The notes under the pieces were generated by a model, which was not told where the DNA came from, did not search any database, and saw only the letters and a list, made by a program, of their open reading frames with translations. DNA of 63,619 bases, filler included, from Lenisia limosa (taxonomy: Eukaryota > Protista > Breviatea), in assembly GCA_001655205.1 (NCBI GenBank). It is 12 parts of 12 records of this genome, joined end to end, with 100 filler letters (N's around TTAATTAATTAA, not from the genome) between each part and the next. Parts side by side here need not be neighbours in the genome. Positions count along the whole stretch, not along the records: positions 15,992 to 29,861 come from LPNZ01002536.1; positions 29,962 to 33,450 come from LPNZ01001912.1; positions 33,551 to 36,333 come from LPNZ01003783.1; positions 36,434 to 45,436 come from LPNZ01004346.1; 8 more parts are not named here. The stretch is one strand, 5' to 3'. The stretch's first letter is position 1; each line of letters opens with the position of its first letter. Below, piece after piece: positions 25,201-36,439 of the stretch. Made by a program: the position numbers and the translations under genes.

Positions 25201-27469
25201 TATTAGAACTCGAAATGCCTGATGATATTCCAAGTAAAATATATCTTGCTTGTATGGGGCAATATGTCAGTTTATAATTTGATACTTATCATATTATAAA
25301 CAAATTTGAAACTGAAATTGAAATTGAATTCTTTTTTTATGATTATGTCGTCCTAGTTTCACAAAAGAAGATTGGTTAAAAGAAATTCCTCCATCAACCA
25401 CAAGAAACCAAGATTTATTTAAAAGAATGAACCCATCACCCACTAAATTTTGTTGCGGTTTGAGACTCATTAGCAGCAGAGGCGGAGAGAAGGAAGAGAA
25501 GCTAAGGGGGTTACAGAGAAACCGATTCCAATTGATACAGATTCTGGGTCAAAAACACTCGTGTTGAAGTAACTCCAAATAATATGAGAATATTCAATTA
25601 ATAGCCAACGGTACAAACGCCCGTCAACAAAGTTCTCGAAATATCCTCAAAAACAGGCTGTATTTTGAGGTAATCTCTCATTGTGGCTGCATACATCGGG
25701 TTTTTCGGGGTTAAAATCCTTCGGGATGACAATCAGATCCTAAACAATTATAAGGCATTTAAAAATCAAATATGTCAATCCAAAATTATCTCAAATATTG
25801 TAACATTATATCCGATATCATACCATATTTATCATACCATACCATATTTAATATCATACCATATTTACAACATACAATATAATATAGTAAAATTGGTCAA
25901 TTTATTTATCATAATAATATGGGAATACTAAATAACAACAAAGCCAGAAAGGATATCAATTCCCGAAGAACTATTATAAACACGATAGAAAAGTGTCATT
26001 CAAATTGTGATTCAAAACAGTTAATATTTTATTCGCTGAGTTTCCCTCTCACATTCAAACCGCGGTCTAGCGTATATTGGCTGGTTTTCTCAGCAGCTGC
26101 CTCACTTTGCTCAACCCTGACAAACTCCATTGTTTCAACTCTGAATGTAAATCAAGGAAAATAATTCAATATTGCATTTCATTCTGTTGTCCCTGGTATC
26201 AAAATCATGTTCATATTTTCAAAAAAAAATAACCCAAAAAAAACCTCTTAAATTGTGGCCTTTGCTTTCGAGGTTCTCTTGTATTCTCTTTGCTTGGGAT
26301 ATACAATGGAATTTGCTGTTTTTGGTACATAACGCGGAACTGCTTCTCTCTTTTTTGGACCATCTTCTCCTCCATCAAGCCGATTTCTATAGCTTTCTTG
26401 TTCCATTCCTGCAAAATGACTTGCATTTTAAACATCATAAAATATGAGAATTCTCCTTTAAAAAACAAAACTACTATGATACAGATGTTGTAAATGGTAA
26501 AGATATAATTTTGCAGACATGTTAACATAAATAGTATATATAAATATATCTTAATATAATATACTGGTGTCTCTCAATGTAAAAATACATTGAGCAATTG
26601 TGTCAATCATCCAAATAACACCAAATAAGGCGATTTCCCCGTAATACATACGATATATCAACAGTCCATTTATAGTTTAGTTGTAACGCAGCTAACCTTC
26701 ATTTCTGTCAAGGAATGCGCAAAAGTACATTCTTCCCATTTGTAATGATTGCGGTGTTTCAAGCAAACAGAGAATCCTAAAAGTAAAAAAGGCAACAATG
26801 CTGAAGTTAGTCCTCTACAAATATAATTGCATGGAATAGTATATAGAAAGATCTTACCCATTATTTACATTTTTTGAATTGTATGGAGAAAAATCATTCA
26901 TCAGTGCATAGATAAAAATAAATAACCCAGAAGCAACATGAATGAAATTAGTAAGCATAACAAAAATCATACCCAAGTGAGAAGGGTTGAAATGATCCTG
27001 GCTGAACGGAGGTTCTCTGAGGGGGGGCTCCTCTAAGTATTTGCCTTAACCAGTTATGCAAGTAATAACAAAATATAGCTAGAGCAAGTAAAATAAATGA
27101 TTACCACTCAGAAATCTTTTTTTAAGAGAAACGGTTTATCTTTCAATCATTCATAAAGAAGATCGAAAAGTGTGATTTATCAATAATCAACTGATTATTT
27201 AGACAATATGCATATAGTGTACATTGAACAAACTTTACGTCAACAAGCCTGACATTATTATGAAATATATAATTACTGCCTTTCACACAAATAACACAAT
27301 AATGTCAAAATCATAAAGTGAAAGGGATATGCGAATCAGAACCTTCCTATACGTAAATCCCGCCCCTCTTACAGTTGCCATCTTTCTTGATAGGGGGGGA
27401 TGTAAAGGGACGCTGTTCAGATCGTTCCTTACGAGGATGCCGGTTTCGGTTTTGTCCGGGGGTGGACAT
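16231..27469 (-). CDS. HELZ: HELZ-like Upf1-family (SF1B) RNA helicase with N-terminal CCCH-like zinc finger; more than 25 exons; 3' end runs toward a contig gap; ATG at 27469 is tentative
   Basis: Motifs in order: CTFAHSLTEMKEW (26715-26729), DSRPSIQKRD, MHMALNRVSLDVLFP, LNIEQRNAV, Walker A GSFGTGKT (21834-21857), RVLICAHSNSTAD, FDLIVIDEAAQ (20600-20614), RIILLGDHMQ (20397-20411), GLGISVIERLF, NYRS..LFY (19912-19923), YVNREE, ATVNGMQG (18574-18594), FNTAISRAK (17771-17794). The core exons I joined are phase-compatible; some 5' junctions are unresolved. Confidence 0.88.
16451..16544. mobile_element. MITE family A, degenerate copy in a helicase intron
   Basis: AAAAAAGACTGAATTACTAGATAAATCC...CAAGTGAAGCCCTA. 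Confidence 0.7.
18763..18820. mobile_element. TIR family C, single-end copy
   Basis: ATAGCAATGAGAAATAAA...TGTATCTGGTGAAGCCGTCCACACCATCACGCT. Confidence 0.75.
19683..19772. mobile_element. MITE family A with perfect 8-bp TSD, in a helicase intron
   Basis: Left end TAGGGCTTCACTTAGGTTCGAAAAA; TSD ATTACATC at 19675-19682 and 19773-19780. Confidence 0.9.
22209..22304. mobile_element. MITE family A copy in a helicase intron
   Basis: TAGGGTTCTACTTACGGTTCAAAAA...TTTTTCGAACAGGTGAAACCCAA. Confidence 0.8.
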
Positions 27470-28499
27470 TTTAGCTGGTTGCCTTGGGAGGTAGGGGTAA
27501 ATAAGTACCAGAAATAAAACAACAAAGCTAAGATGCTCGCTTAAGAGTGACAATAATTATGAATGAAGTAGAAAATGGTGCACAATTTCTTTCTAGATCG
27601 AAGTACCATAGGTGGATTATCGGTAATATCAAAGTCCCTATCTGTTGTCTGAATTATGTCTTGATGGGGGATATTTCATTGAATATGGAACCAGACTTAC
27701 CAGTTGTTGTTACTCCGTTTAACTTCAAGCTTAACAAACTCAGACTGACAGCACATACACTTCTAAAAAGTTTGGTATGACTGATTTCAAATATCATATG
27801 GCAGATGATCAACATCATATCGATATATGCAGATAATACGTATATGATATGCTATGTACCTAAATCAAACGCTCTACTTATCAATAAAGCAATATTTTCC
27901 AATAATAATATTCAAAAAACTACATATTATTTAAATATGCATATACCTCACATTTTGTACAAATACATCATTTTACCAACCTCATTGAAAAATAAGTCAC
28001 AGTAGACACCATTTTGGAAGCAACTGACACAAATTTCACTGGTTTCGGCTCGATGTAAGCGGTTCATCATTTGCTTTTCAAGTTCACTGTGTTGGGATGA
28101 GTGTTGTTGCATAATAAATGAAGTACAGTTACCGACAAGTTTAATTCGGCTTTATCACAGTAATGTAAACTTATGCATAAGTTCTGAAAAGTTTAAACAA
28201 AGTCTTCATATCACGTATTAGAAGAAGAACCAAAATGTGAAACGGAGAAAACGGACAGAACCGAATCAGCGTAAATTTGATAATGCCCCCCAAGTTTGCA
28301 ACTATGGCCAAACTAACAAAAAAAAGCTGTATTTAAATTCAGTTGATTAAATTGGTCAGAAAGTAAGCTAAAGCGACAGTTGTTTGGCAACTACCTTACA
28401 ATTGTAAAGATCATAGACAGAAAACATGGTAAGCGAAAGCCTGCCATTGACCATACTACCCAATCTGAAGCTTACCAACCCACCCACCGATTACTAAAC

Positions 28500-29100
28500 C
28501 CATCACCACAGGTAAGGCGCGGCATGGTTACTTGACTCTTGACTGTTAACAAAAACAAAAGGTTATGTTCGGAATGTGCGTTTGTCTTCTGAAGACCTTT
28601 CTCCTAATTTCCTCGTTTAATCAAGAAAATGTGGCGAGATAAGGTGAAGAGTAGAAAAAGGCCTTCATATACTCCTCAGAGCGTCGAAAACGGACAAAAC
28701 AGACTATATACATTGTTCGTACCAGGGAAAAAAACTAAATACCCAAAAAATCAAAATTGAGTCCTTTTTCCTTATTTAAGTGACCATTTGACCTTGCCGG
28801 TAAAATGGAACGTTTAAAGAAGTCCTTAGGGTCAAGATGGAACGAGTGTGATGAAGACTTCCAAGAATACCTCGTTTGAGGGCCCTTCTATTGTTTTAAT
28901 TACTATAAATCAATACATAATGCCTGATTGGCTCATCAGATTTTGCGTGACTTCACAGGGTTCCATCATCGAAGGTGATGATATTCTTACCGGAGATGTT
29001 GACGCTGATATCGAAGGTCTTGTTGACTCGGTTGGTCGGATGGAGAGTTATTTGATGATTAGCAGGGAACATAGATGGGATAAAGTAAAATTGGAATCAA
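28500..29100 (-). pseudogene. Decayed coding relic of unknown family
   Basis: QITLHPTNRVNKTFDISVNISGKNIITFDDGTL*SHAKSDEPIRHY and RRSEEYMKAFFYSSPYLATFS*LNEEIRRKVF, each with one in-frame TGA. Confidence 0.35.
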
Positions 29101-29231
29101 CGAGTATCATCAGCATTATTATAAAGCCAGTTGAATAGCGCGTGCCGAGATTTTGTTCTGTTGACCCTGTGGATTTTTATATTTGACTCGTCCCGGACCC
29201 AACATCATTGTCTTCAACAATCGTTTGTGCC

Positions 29232-29313
29232 TAGGGCTTCACTTCGGTTCGAAAAAAGTCTGAATTTCTCAAAAATCTTGACAATGTATTTTTCTGACAG
29301 AAGTGAAGCCCAA
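29232..29313. mobile_element. MITE family A copy
   Basis: TAGGGCTTCACTTCGGTTCGAAAAAAG...CAGAAGTGAAGCCCAA. Confidence 0.85.
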
Positions 29314-30033
29314 GGGTTACTTCTTCTGCTGGGGCTCAGTTTATTGGTTTCAAACCCAAGTAGTGAGTCGATGAATCTAGGGGATTGGGTTTCTGCATAA
29401 ATTCTCCTCCACCGCCCAGGTTCGGTAAATATGATCAGAGTTTCATTTTGTTTTGCCAAACGATTCTGGAAGCCTCTTTTATGATTTATATGATTGGTGG
29501 TATCTGTCTTTGCTTCGTTTTAACCCGAAAAGTGAACATGTCAGATTCGGCTATTAGCTTCCTGTTTTTTTTAAGTCTATTCTGGCCAAGTCCCTCCCCA
29601 TATGATAACACCCTCAGATTGCCCCCCTGCTCATTGACCAATTTGACATGACCGACAAGGAGGCAGAGGACATCTGCAAGAATGTTGCCGGAGCCTCCTC
29701 CATCCCGAGGAAATGTTGGTTTTATTGCAATTTTTTTTTGTTTTGTTTTTGAAATGTGTTTTTTTATTGTTTATTTTCTTCATTCTGATATTTAGAGTGT
29801 TCTTTTTTTATTTATTGGGGCATTTGGGTTTGTTGTCAACAGTTGAGCTCATGTGTTTCATNNNNNNNNNNNNNNNNNNNNNNNNNNNNNNNNNNNNNNN
29901 NNNNNTTAATTAATTAANNNNNNNNNNNNNNNNNNNNNNNNNNNNNNNNNNNNNNNNNNNNTTCGGCCAGATACAACCTTGTTTTTTATTACTCATTGCT
30001 ATAATATACTACTTGAATAATATATAATATTGC

Positions 30034-30486
30034 TTGAAGCCATTAATTCCACAGGCTATGACTTACGTGGAACTGGCCAGCGTTTCCGACTCAGTTACCG
30101 ACGATGACGTCATTGATATCGCGAACCACTATTGCATGGCGATATGTTGGCTTGGCTGGTATTCATGTTTCTTTTCTTGTTGTGCAATTCTAATCAGCCT
30201 AGTCCGCTACACTATGGACAATTCCCTCCCCTTCGTCGTGACAGCCCAGAGTGTTTTCACTGTTCCTTTTATGGTAAAAGGAGTTACTAGTTTATGTGGA
30301 GCACTCACTGTTGGTATTGTACTATTAATCTTTCAGAGAAAACTCATTTCTGCGACATACAATCGAATGAAACCAAGTATGAGAATGGTTTTTTGCTATT
30401 TCGTTCTGAATTGTTCTTTATTATTTAGTTCTGGATGTCTCTCCGTTCTCATCAATGGAGGAGCTTATGTCAGAAAGTCTTATTAG
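30034..30486 (+). CDS. Possible small multi-pass membrane protein
   Basis: 453-nt stop-free frame with 3-4 hydrophobic segments; plausible ATG near 30058 or CAG acceptor just upstream; no known motif. Confidence 0.4.
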   Translation: MKPLIPQAMTYVELASVSDSVTDDDVIDIANHYCMAICWLGWYSCFFSCCAILISLVRYTMDNSLPFVVTAQSVFTVPFMVKGVTSLCGALTVGIVLLIFQRKLISATYNRMKPSMRMVFCYFVLNCSLLFSSGCLSVLINGGAYVRKSY

Positions 30487-31035
30487 TTTCAACCTTTTTA
30501 AAGAGTGTATCTACCCCATGTTTGCCGCTGACAATACCTGGGTTTGCGTGGGAGCTCTTCTCTCTTTGAAAACCAGTTATTCTTCAGACCTTTTTTCTTT
30601 TTCGTTTCACCCCTTTTAGGGCGCAATTGATAGTTACTACGAAATGTTTGCACATATTGGATGTAGGCACTGATAGCACATGATATGATGTAATAAATAT
30701 ATATCATATACCATGGTAAATACTATGAGATAGTCCAGTATGGTACTATATGATATGCGTAGTATTATTATAGTATCATAACCAAACCTGATGATATTAT
30801 TTCCATGACATTGATTATTAGACACCTGACTAAGCAGACTCGGACGACGCTGCTGACTGCCACCATCCCCAGTTCCCAGACTACTTCAGATATAACTTCA
30901 GCCTCACTACTCTGCAGTTCGGACTCACAACTATTTCGGTAAGCTACTGATCATATTAGTGTATTGTTTCAACCTTCTTGTGTTTTAGATTAATAGTGAT
31001 AATTGACTCAACCTCATTTTATTACCCCCCGAAAC

Positions 31036-31122
31036 GCCTTAGGTCATCTTACCGATGAACCAAGTAGTGCCTTAGGTCATGTTCCCGATGAACCAAGTAA
31101 CACCTTAGGTCATCTTCCCGAC
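31036..31122. repeat. 33-bp tandem repeat, about 2.6 copies
   Basis: Unit GCCTTAGGTCATCTTACCGATGAACCAAGTAGT. Confidence 0.9.
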
Positions 31123-32725
31123 ATTGGTGCGTGCGTTGTCGGTCGCGCAAGGCAAAGGTTGGAGGACAGGGGTCTGTTCTCATATTTTTTTAAAAATATA
31201 ATTGCTAGTTATTCCTCAACTCTATCAGAGAAAACAATCAATAAAAGTAAACATATGATATGATATATATGTGTGTGTATGTACGATAAATATAGTAATA
31301 ACATATCATAGAAGTATCAGACTACATTAAACAGGTGGACAGTTGGCCTTTGTCTCATGGACATTGAGTAAAACCGCCTCATTTTTCAGGGATTGCGGAG
31401 CTGCTTCCCAAGTCGGACAACTGGTTTCTCATGTTAATGACGCAGGTAAATACAATTGTTTCCGTCCTTCCAAGTACTTATGATATCAGTGTGCGTTTGA
31501 GATGAAGACCACTGCCAAAATGGAGTCTTTCGCGATTTACGAGTATCTTAACTTCGAAAGTTGGTACCAGTGCGTTGAATCAGCGTAATACTCTGAAGCC
31601 CCGCTCTTAACTTCCAGGCGAAACCCACTTCTTGCCGAAGGAAGTGACAAGCATTTGCCCCGGCCTGTTTTTGAGGGTCATTTCCCAGGTTGATGTACAC
31701 CCCTTCATCAACCAGCTCTGTGAACTCTATGAGTCAGGTAGGTGGTCGGTCACGTGATAAGTGATGTTCTATGGGCCAAAACTCTCATACCCTTTAGCAC
31801 TTCTCAATGAGACGGTTCCGCTTCTGCATGTTGAGATTTACCGCAACGATGTGAGTCTCAGTTTTTTTTGTTTTGAATAGTCTTTTTTGTTTTGTGATAT
31901 ATTTTTTTTTTGTTTTGAATAGTATTTTTGTTTGGTAATGGTTTGAATAGTCTTTATTGATATGCAGTCTCATCCTCCAAAAAGTTATCCTTTCAGACTC
32001 ACATCTACGAATCTTTAACCAGTTCCGTCATCAGCGTCAAAAAGGTGCTCAAAAAATACCCTGACGGTATGTTCATCAGGACACTCTTTTATAGCATTCA
32101 TGAGTTTATTCTCCCACCCCTACAGCATCTCCTCTTTTCCTTCAACGCATGGCATATTCCCTCCTTGCTATTGCCGGCAACGTCATCAAAAACCTGAACA
32201 AAGCCGACACGTCTGTGCGAAAGTTCGTCAAGCTTCTTATGAATCCCGTGGGTTGAGGAGAAAAGGCTATTCTTTGCCTTTCGGAATGTTTTTTTAGTTT
32301 ACGTTATCTTAGGTATTCAAGTGGAAGGAATACAACATTTTGTCAATAAAGCCTGATCGAATCAAAATCCCAATTGACCAAGTTTGCTACCCTTCCGTGC
32401 AAAACAATGCTTTCGCATCTTGTCATTACGATTTAGTTGAGTGCAATGGTAACTGGTGTGAAGCAGTTGGAAAGCAGTCGAATAAAAACCGTCTATGTGA
32501 GGAGGGAGTCCTAATAAAAACCGTCAATGTGAGGAGGGAGTCCTAATACTATGGCCAACGTGGTGGGGGTGGGGGGCTATGAGAATGCTATTTGTTCGAA
32601 GGCAATGACAGTGTAGATTACAACAGAGCACGTGGCAGCTTTCTGCAAAGCTTTCCGAGAGAATCCTAACCGGTTCACCCCCCACGGTCTTATTGGACAC
32701 GAAATGACCGTGGGGGGGTATGGCT

Positions 32726-32827
32726 AATAGGCTTTCTAAGAGGTTCAAAATAAGACTGAAAGTCTCGATAAATCCTCGAAAACTATCGATATTTTACCGT
32801 TCTTTTTCGAACCAAAGTGGAGCCCAG
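32726..32827. mobile_element. MITE family A copy flanked by a direct repeat
   Basis: Internal CTCGATAAATCCTCGAAAACTATCGATATTTT; GTATGGCTAA at 32718-32727 and 32828-32837. Confidence 0.85.
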
Positions 32828-33390
32828 GTATGGCTAATGGGATTTTCTAAGAGAAATAACTCTGCACCGTCCATCATATCATATCTTTACTCGTTTCCCC
32901 TGGCCATTCTTTTTGATCAAAGAAAAGCACCATCTCTCACCTCATCAAATGGAACTATTTTCATGCGCGTCTTTCATTGCGCAGGACGAATGCGTGTCCC
33001 GGCTTTTCGCCTGCATATCCTCCCTCGATGTCAACTTGTAAGCGTTTTGTAGCCGCTTCTAATACCAACGCTCACCCCCCAGTTCTGCCATCCCTCCCTT
33101 TGTCAATGCCAATAATAGAGACGCGTTGAAGTTCAAGCCACAGAATCAGGCTGAGAGGTGGGCTATTGGGGTTGTAAGTTCAGAGAATATTCCCATTTCA
33201 CCTCCACAGGATTTTAGCTAGGACCGAGTTAACTGAGTGGCCAATCACAGAGCACAGTTTGAGAGTGCGTCCAATGACCAAGGATCAAATGACGTATTTC
33301 AAGAAGTGAGTTCGCCTTATTGCCATTGAGAGGGAGTATCTCAATGTGATATGTTTTAGGATACTTGGCGACCTAGCCTTCATGAATATT

Positions 33391-33450
33391 GTTGATATTG
33401 TGGGTTGATATTGTGGGTTGATATTGTGGGTTGATATTGTGGGTTGATAT
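33391..33450. repeat. 13-bp tandem repeat at a contig end
   Basis: (GTTGATATTGTGG)n. Confidence 0.9.
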
Positions 33451-36439
33451 NNNNNNNNNNNNNNNNNNNNNNNNNNNNNNNNNNNNNNNNNNNNTTAATT
33501 AATTAANNNNNNNNNNNNNNNNNNNNNNNNNNNNNNNNNNNNNNNNNNNNGGGGGGGGGGGGTACAACAAACCTCGATGCCTCCAGTAAGTTAGAGGTGG
33601 TGTTACATCCTTTGAAGAAATCAACTGGGATAGCAGCACCAAGCTTCTAAAGTACAATAAAAATTTGGTTTAAAAAATAAGAAAATGTTTAAAGGAATTG
33701 GTTAATTTCTTGTTCTTGGCTCTCTCCCCCAGTACCTCCAGCTTGGCTTTAACTTTTGAAGGAGACAACGGATTTTTGTCAAGAGGTTCACAGGCATCTG
33801 AGAGAGCATTGAAGACATCAACAGTGCATTGGCTCATCGTGGAGCTCGTGAAATTCTACACCATAAAATTTCAATATGAGTTTAGGTAAAAAAAGCAGTG
33901 CCCGAAAAACGACTTGTGTGAAAGCACAGATAACAAACCTCATGGTGGGTGAGACTAAAGGCAGACGCTCTGAAAAGTCCAAGTCGCCAAAGCCCAGCAC
34001 AAATAAGATGGCTATCATATTCTTGGAACCCTGGAGTTAGAACGGTTTTTACCATGGTCTCTTCGAAGAGGAGCGGGGTTGAACCGTCATGCAGCCTGTG
34101 GGGANNNNNNNNNNNNNNNNNNNNNNNNNNNNNNNNNNNNNNNNNNNNNNNNNNNNNNNNNNNNNNNNNNGTGATTCGCATATTAGCCATAAAAAGGGTT
34201 GAATAGAAGAAGAAGTCCAGATCACCCTGTTAGAATCTCGTACCTGGCTATAGCCACGGCGAGTCCAGGGTCTTTGGCATCTTTGAAGAGGATATCCGAA
34301 GCGTCTCGTACGTCCCCGGCTGGGAAGTGACCAGATACAAAATAGCTTTTCCAAACAATTCACTTCTCAAAACCAAACATACCCAGAAGGAACATGGCTG
34401 CACACATCATGAAGCGCCTTTTGCTCCGCAACACAAAAGCGTTTTTACGAGCTGCAGACTTCCATCTATCATCCTGCCAGTGTCAACGGAACGATGGAGG
34501 GGAATATGATGTATGTTTCTTTACACAATATCCCTCCTTCTTTCAGATATCATCTCAACAAACATTTAATTACCAGAAGCGAGTGAACCCGTGCTCACAC
34601 TAAAGTCGCGTTGAATGAGCTGCAGCAGTTTAGCCTGACTAGAGTCTGTTTTCAGAGCGGCTATGGCAGTTGACTGTCGACCTGGGTTGTAAGAACGGGA
34701 CAACGGGTTTCCAAGCCCAAACAATGTACAAAAGTACTCGCCCATACCAACCCGAGGCAAGCCAGAGGATGAGGGCACACTCAGGGGACCTTGTCTTCTG
34801 GAATTCCAGATCTGCAGCCCTTGCCAGAAGGGATCTGAGTAATGCATCTTGGTGAACCCTGACGTATAAAAACAGAAAATAAGGTTATCTAACGCCGTGG
34901 TCAAGATTTAGAATTGGTTTCATAAGAAAAATTGGGAAAGTGCTGTGAATAATATGCTGATTTGAGTTGTGAATGTGACAAAATTAGCATGGCCGTTCTT
35001 ACCACAATCCAGGCATTGTAGCAGCAATGAGGTCGTAAATTCCATTAGTTCGCGTGGCTAGTTCCACGAGAGTACTGCAAAACTCCTTTTGATCAATAAG
35101 AAGGAGCTGTGTGACGGACAGAGAAGAAAGCCTTGATACGTGAGAAATAGCTCTTCATCTCTTCGCTTCTTTCGTTCCAGAAATACTGGTAAACTGTCGG
35201 TAGTTCACGAAAAGGTGATATTATACGTACGTCATATTATACTACATTCGAAGAGGTCCAATTTCAAACCTGTTGTTTTGACTAACGCCGAACAGCTTTG
35301 CAAGAGATTCAAGGTTTTTAACAGAGGGTAGTGTGGAAGGCTTGCTGTTTTCACTACGAAATGAACGACAAAACAACAACTTACTTTTTGCTCAATATAT
35401 TAGACGCATTAGAGTTTGCTGACTCCTTGGTTGTAGACGGAGAGTACAATGCCAGGATAAGGGCTTGGATAGAAAGAGACAAAATTAAACACTGCGAGAC
35501 ATTGCCTGGGGGGGGGGGTATTCAGAATATTATACTACTAACACAAGTGTTTCTACATTCTATTTTCTATCATAAAATGAAGAAATTAATCACGTTTACA
35601 TCATACAAGCTAGTTTTTCATTTTTGAGTTATCAAAACACAACATCGATTCATGATAATTGCGCGATGAAGAAAAGGCATCTGTGCACTGTCCCCACCAG
35701 TGGGTTTTAGTTCAGAGAAAGATGGCGCCATGGATTTCAAAAGATGATTTGTCATTGGTGGGAGCTGAAATGGTTAAAACATCAACTTATATCAAATGCT
35801 AAATGAAGGAAACAACAAAATCTGCTTTCAAAGGATCATATCATATATTATGTATATGAATAAAGTATATTAAAATATCATCATATAGCTATATAGAAAT
35901 GAGAAATAAAAACAAGGTCTTGTATCNNNNNNNNNNNNNNNNNNNNNNNNNNNNNNNNNNNNNNNNNNNNNNNNNNNNNNNNNNNNNNNNNGCATCCTTA
36001 TAGTACATATCATAAAAAACATAATAAACAATATCATATGCATATATATATGTACATGTATATATCATACTTCCCGTATATGATAAATTTATGCATCTAT
36101 AAAATGGGCTTGATGTGATGTTGAAGGCCAACTTGGTTCTTTGGTAAGGACTTGACTGCGGACACACAAGTAATCAAATCAAGAAGACAGAGTTGGTCCT
36201 CTGCTGATAGACCTTTAAAGGGGTACTTGAAGGGATTACTAAAATGGTCACAGAAAACAATATAGGTTGGTGATTAAAACCGCGAACATGATTAAAACCG
36301 CGAACAAGCCAAAAATCGACATAAATCGCTTCANNNNNNNNNNNNNNNNNNNNNNNNNNNNNNNNNNNNNNNNNNNNTTAATTAATTAANNNNNNNNNNN
36401 NNNNNNNNNNNNNNNNNNNNNNNNNNNNNNNNNCCCCCC

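Larger units (their letters stand above)
30500..35730 (-). pseudogene. Large decayed intron-containing gene relic(s) of unknown family, split by the contig join at 33495
   Basis: Many minus-strand GT-AG exons with protein-like translations (e.g. NFTSSTMSQCTVDVFNALSDACEPLDK, CHVLCCNLHCHC, DELFAQTCRLCS) interrupted by stops and frameshifts. Confidence 0.4.

Noticed and set aside
1080-32364. UGA codon reassignment to explain in-frame TGAs
   Set aside because: The same relics also carry TAA/TAG stops and frameshifts, while the confidently assembled exons of intact genes contain no internal TGA
34984-34994. U6 snRNA-like TTAGCATGGCC
   Set aside because: An 11-nt match only; no ACAGAGA box or other U6 features nearby
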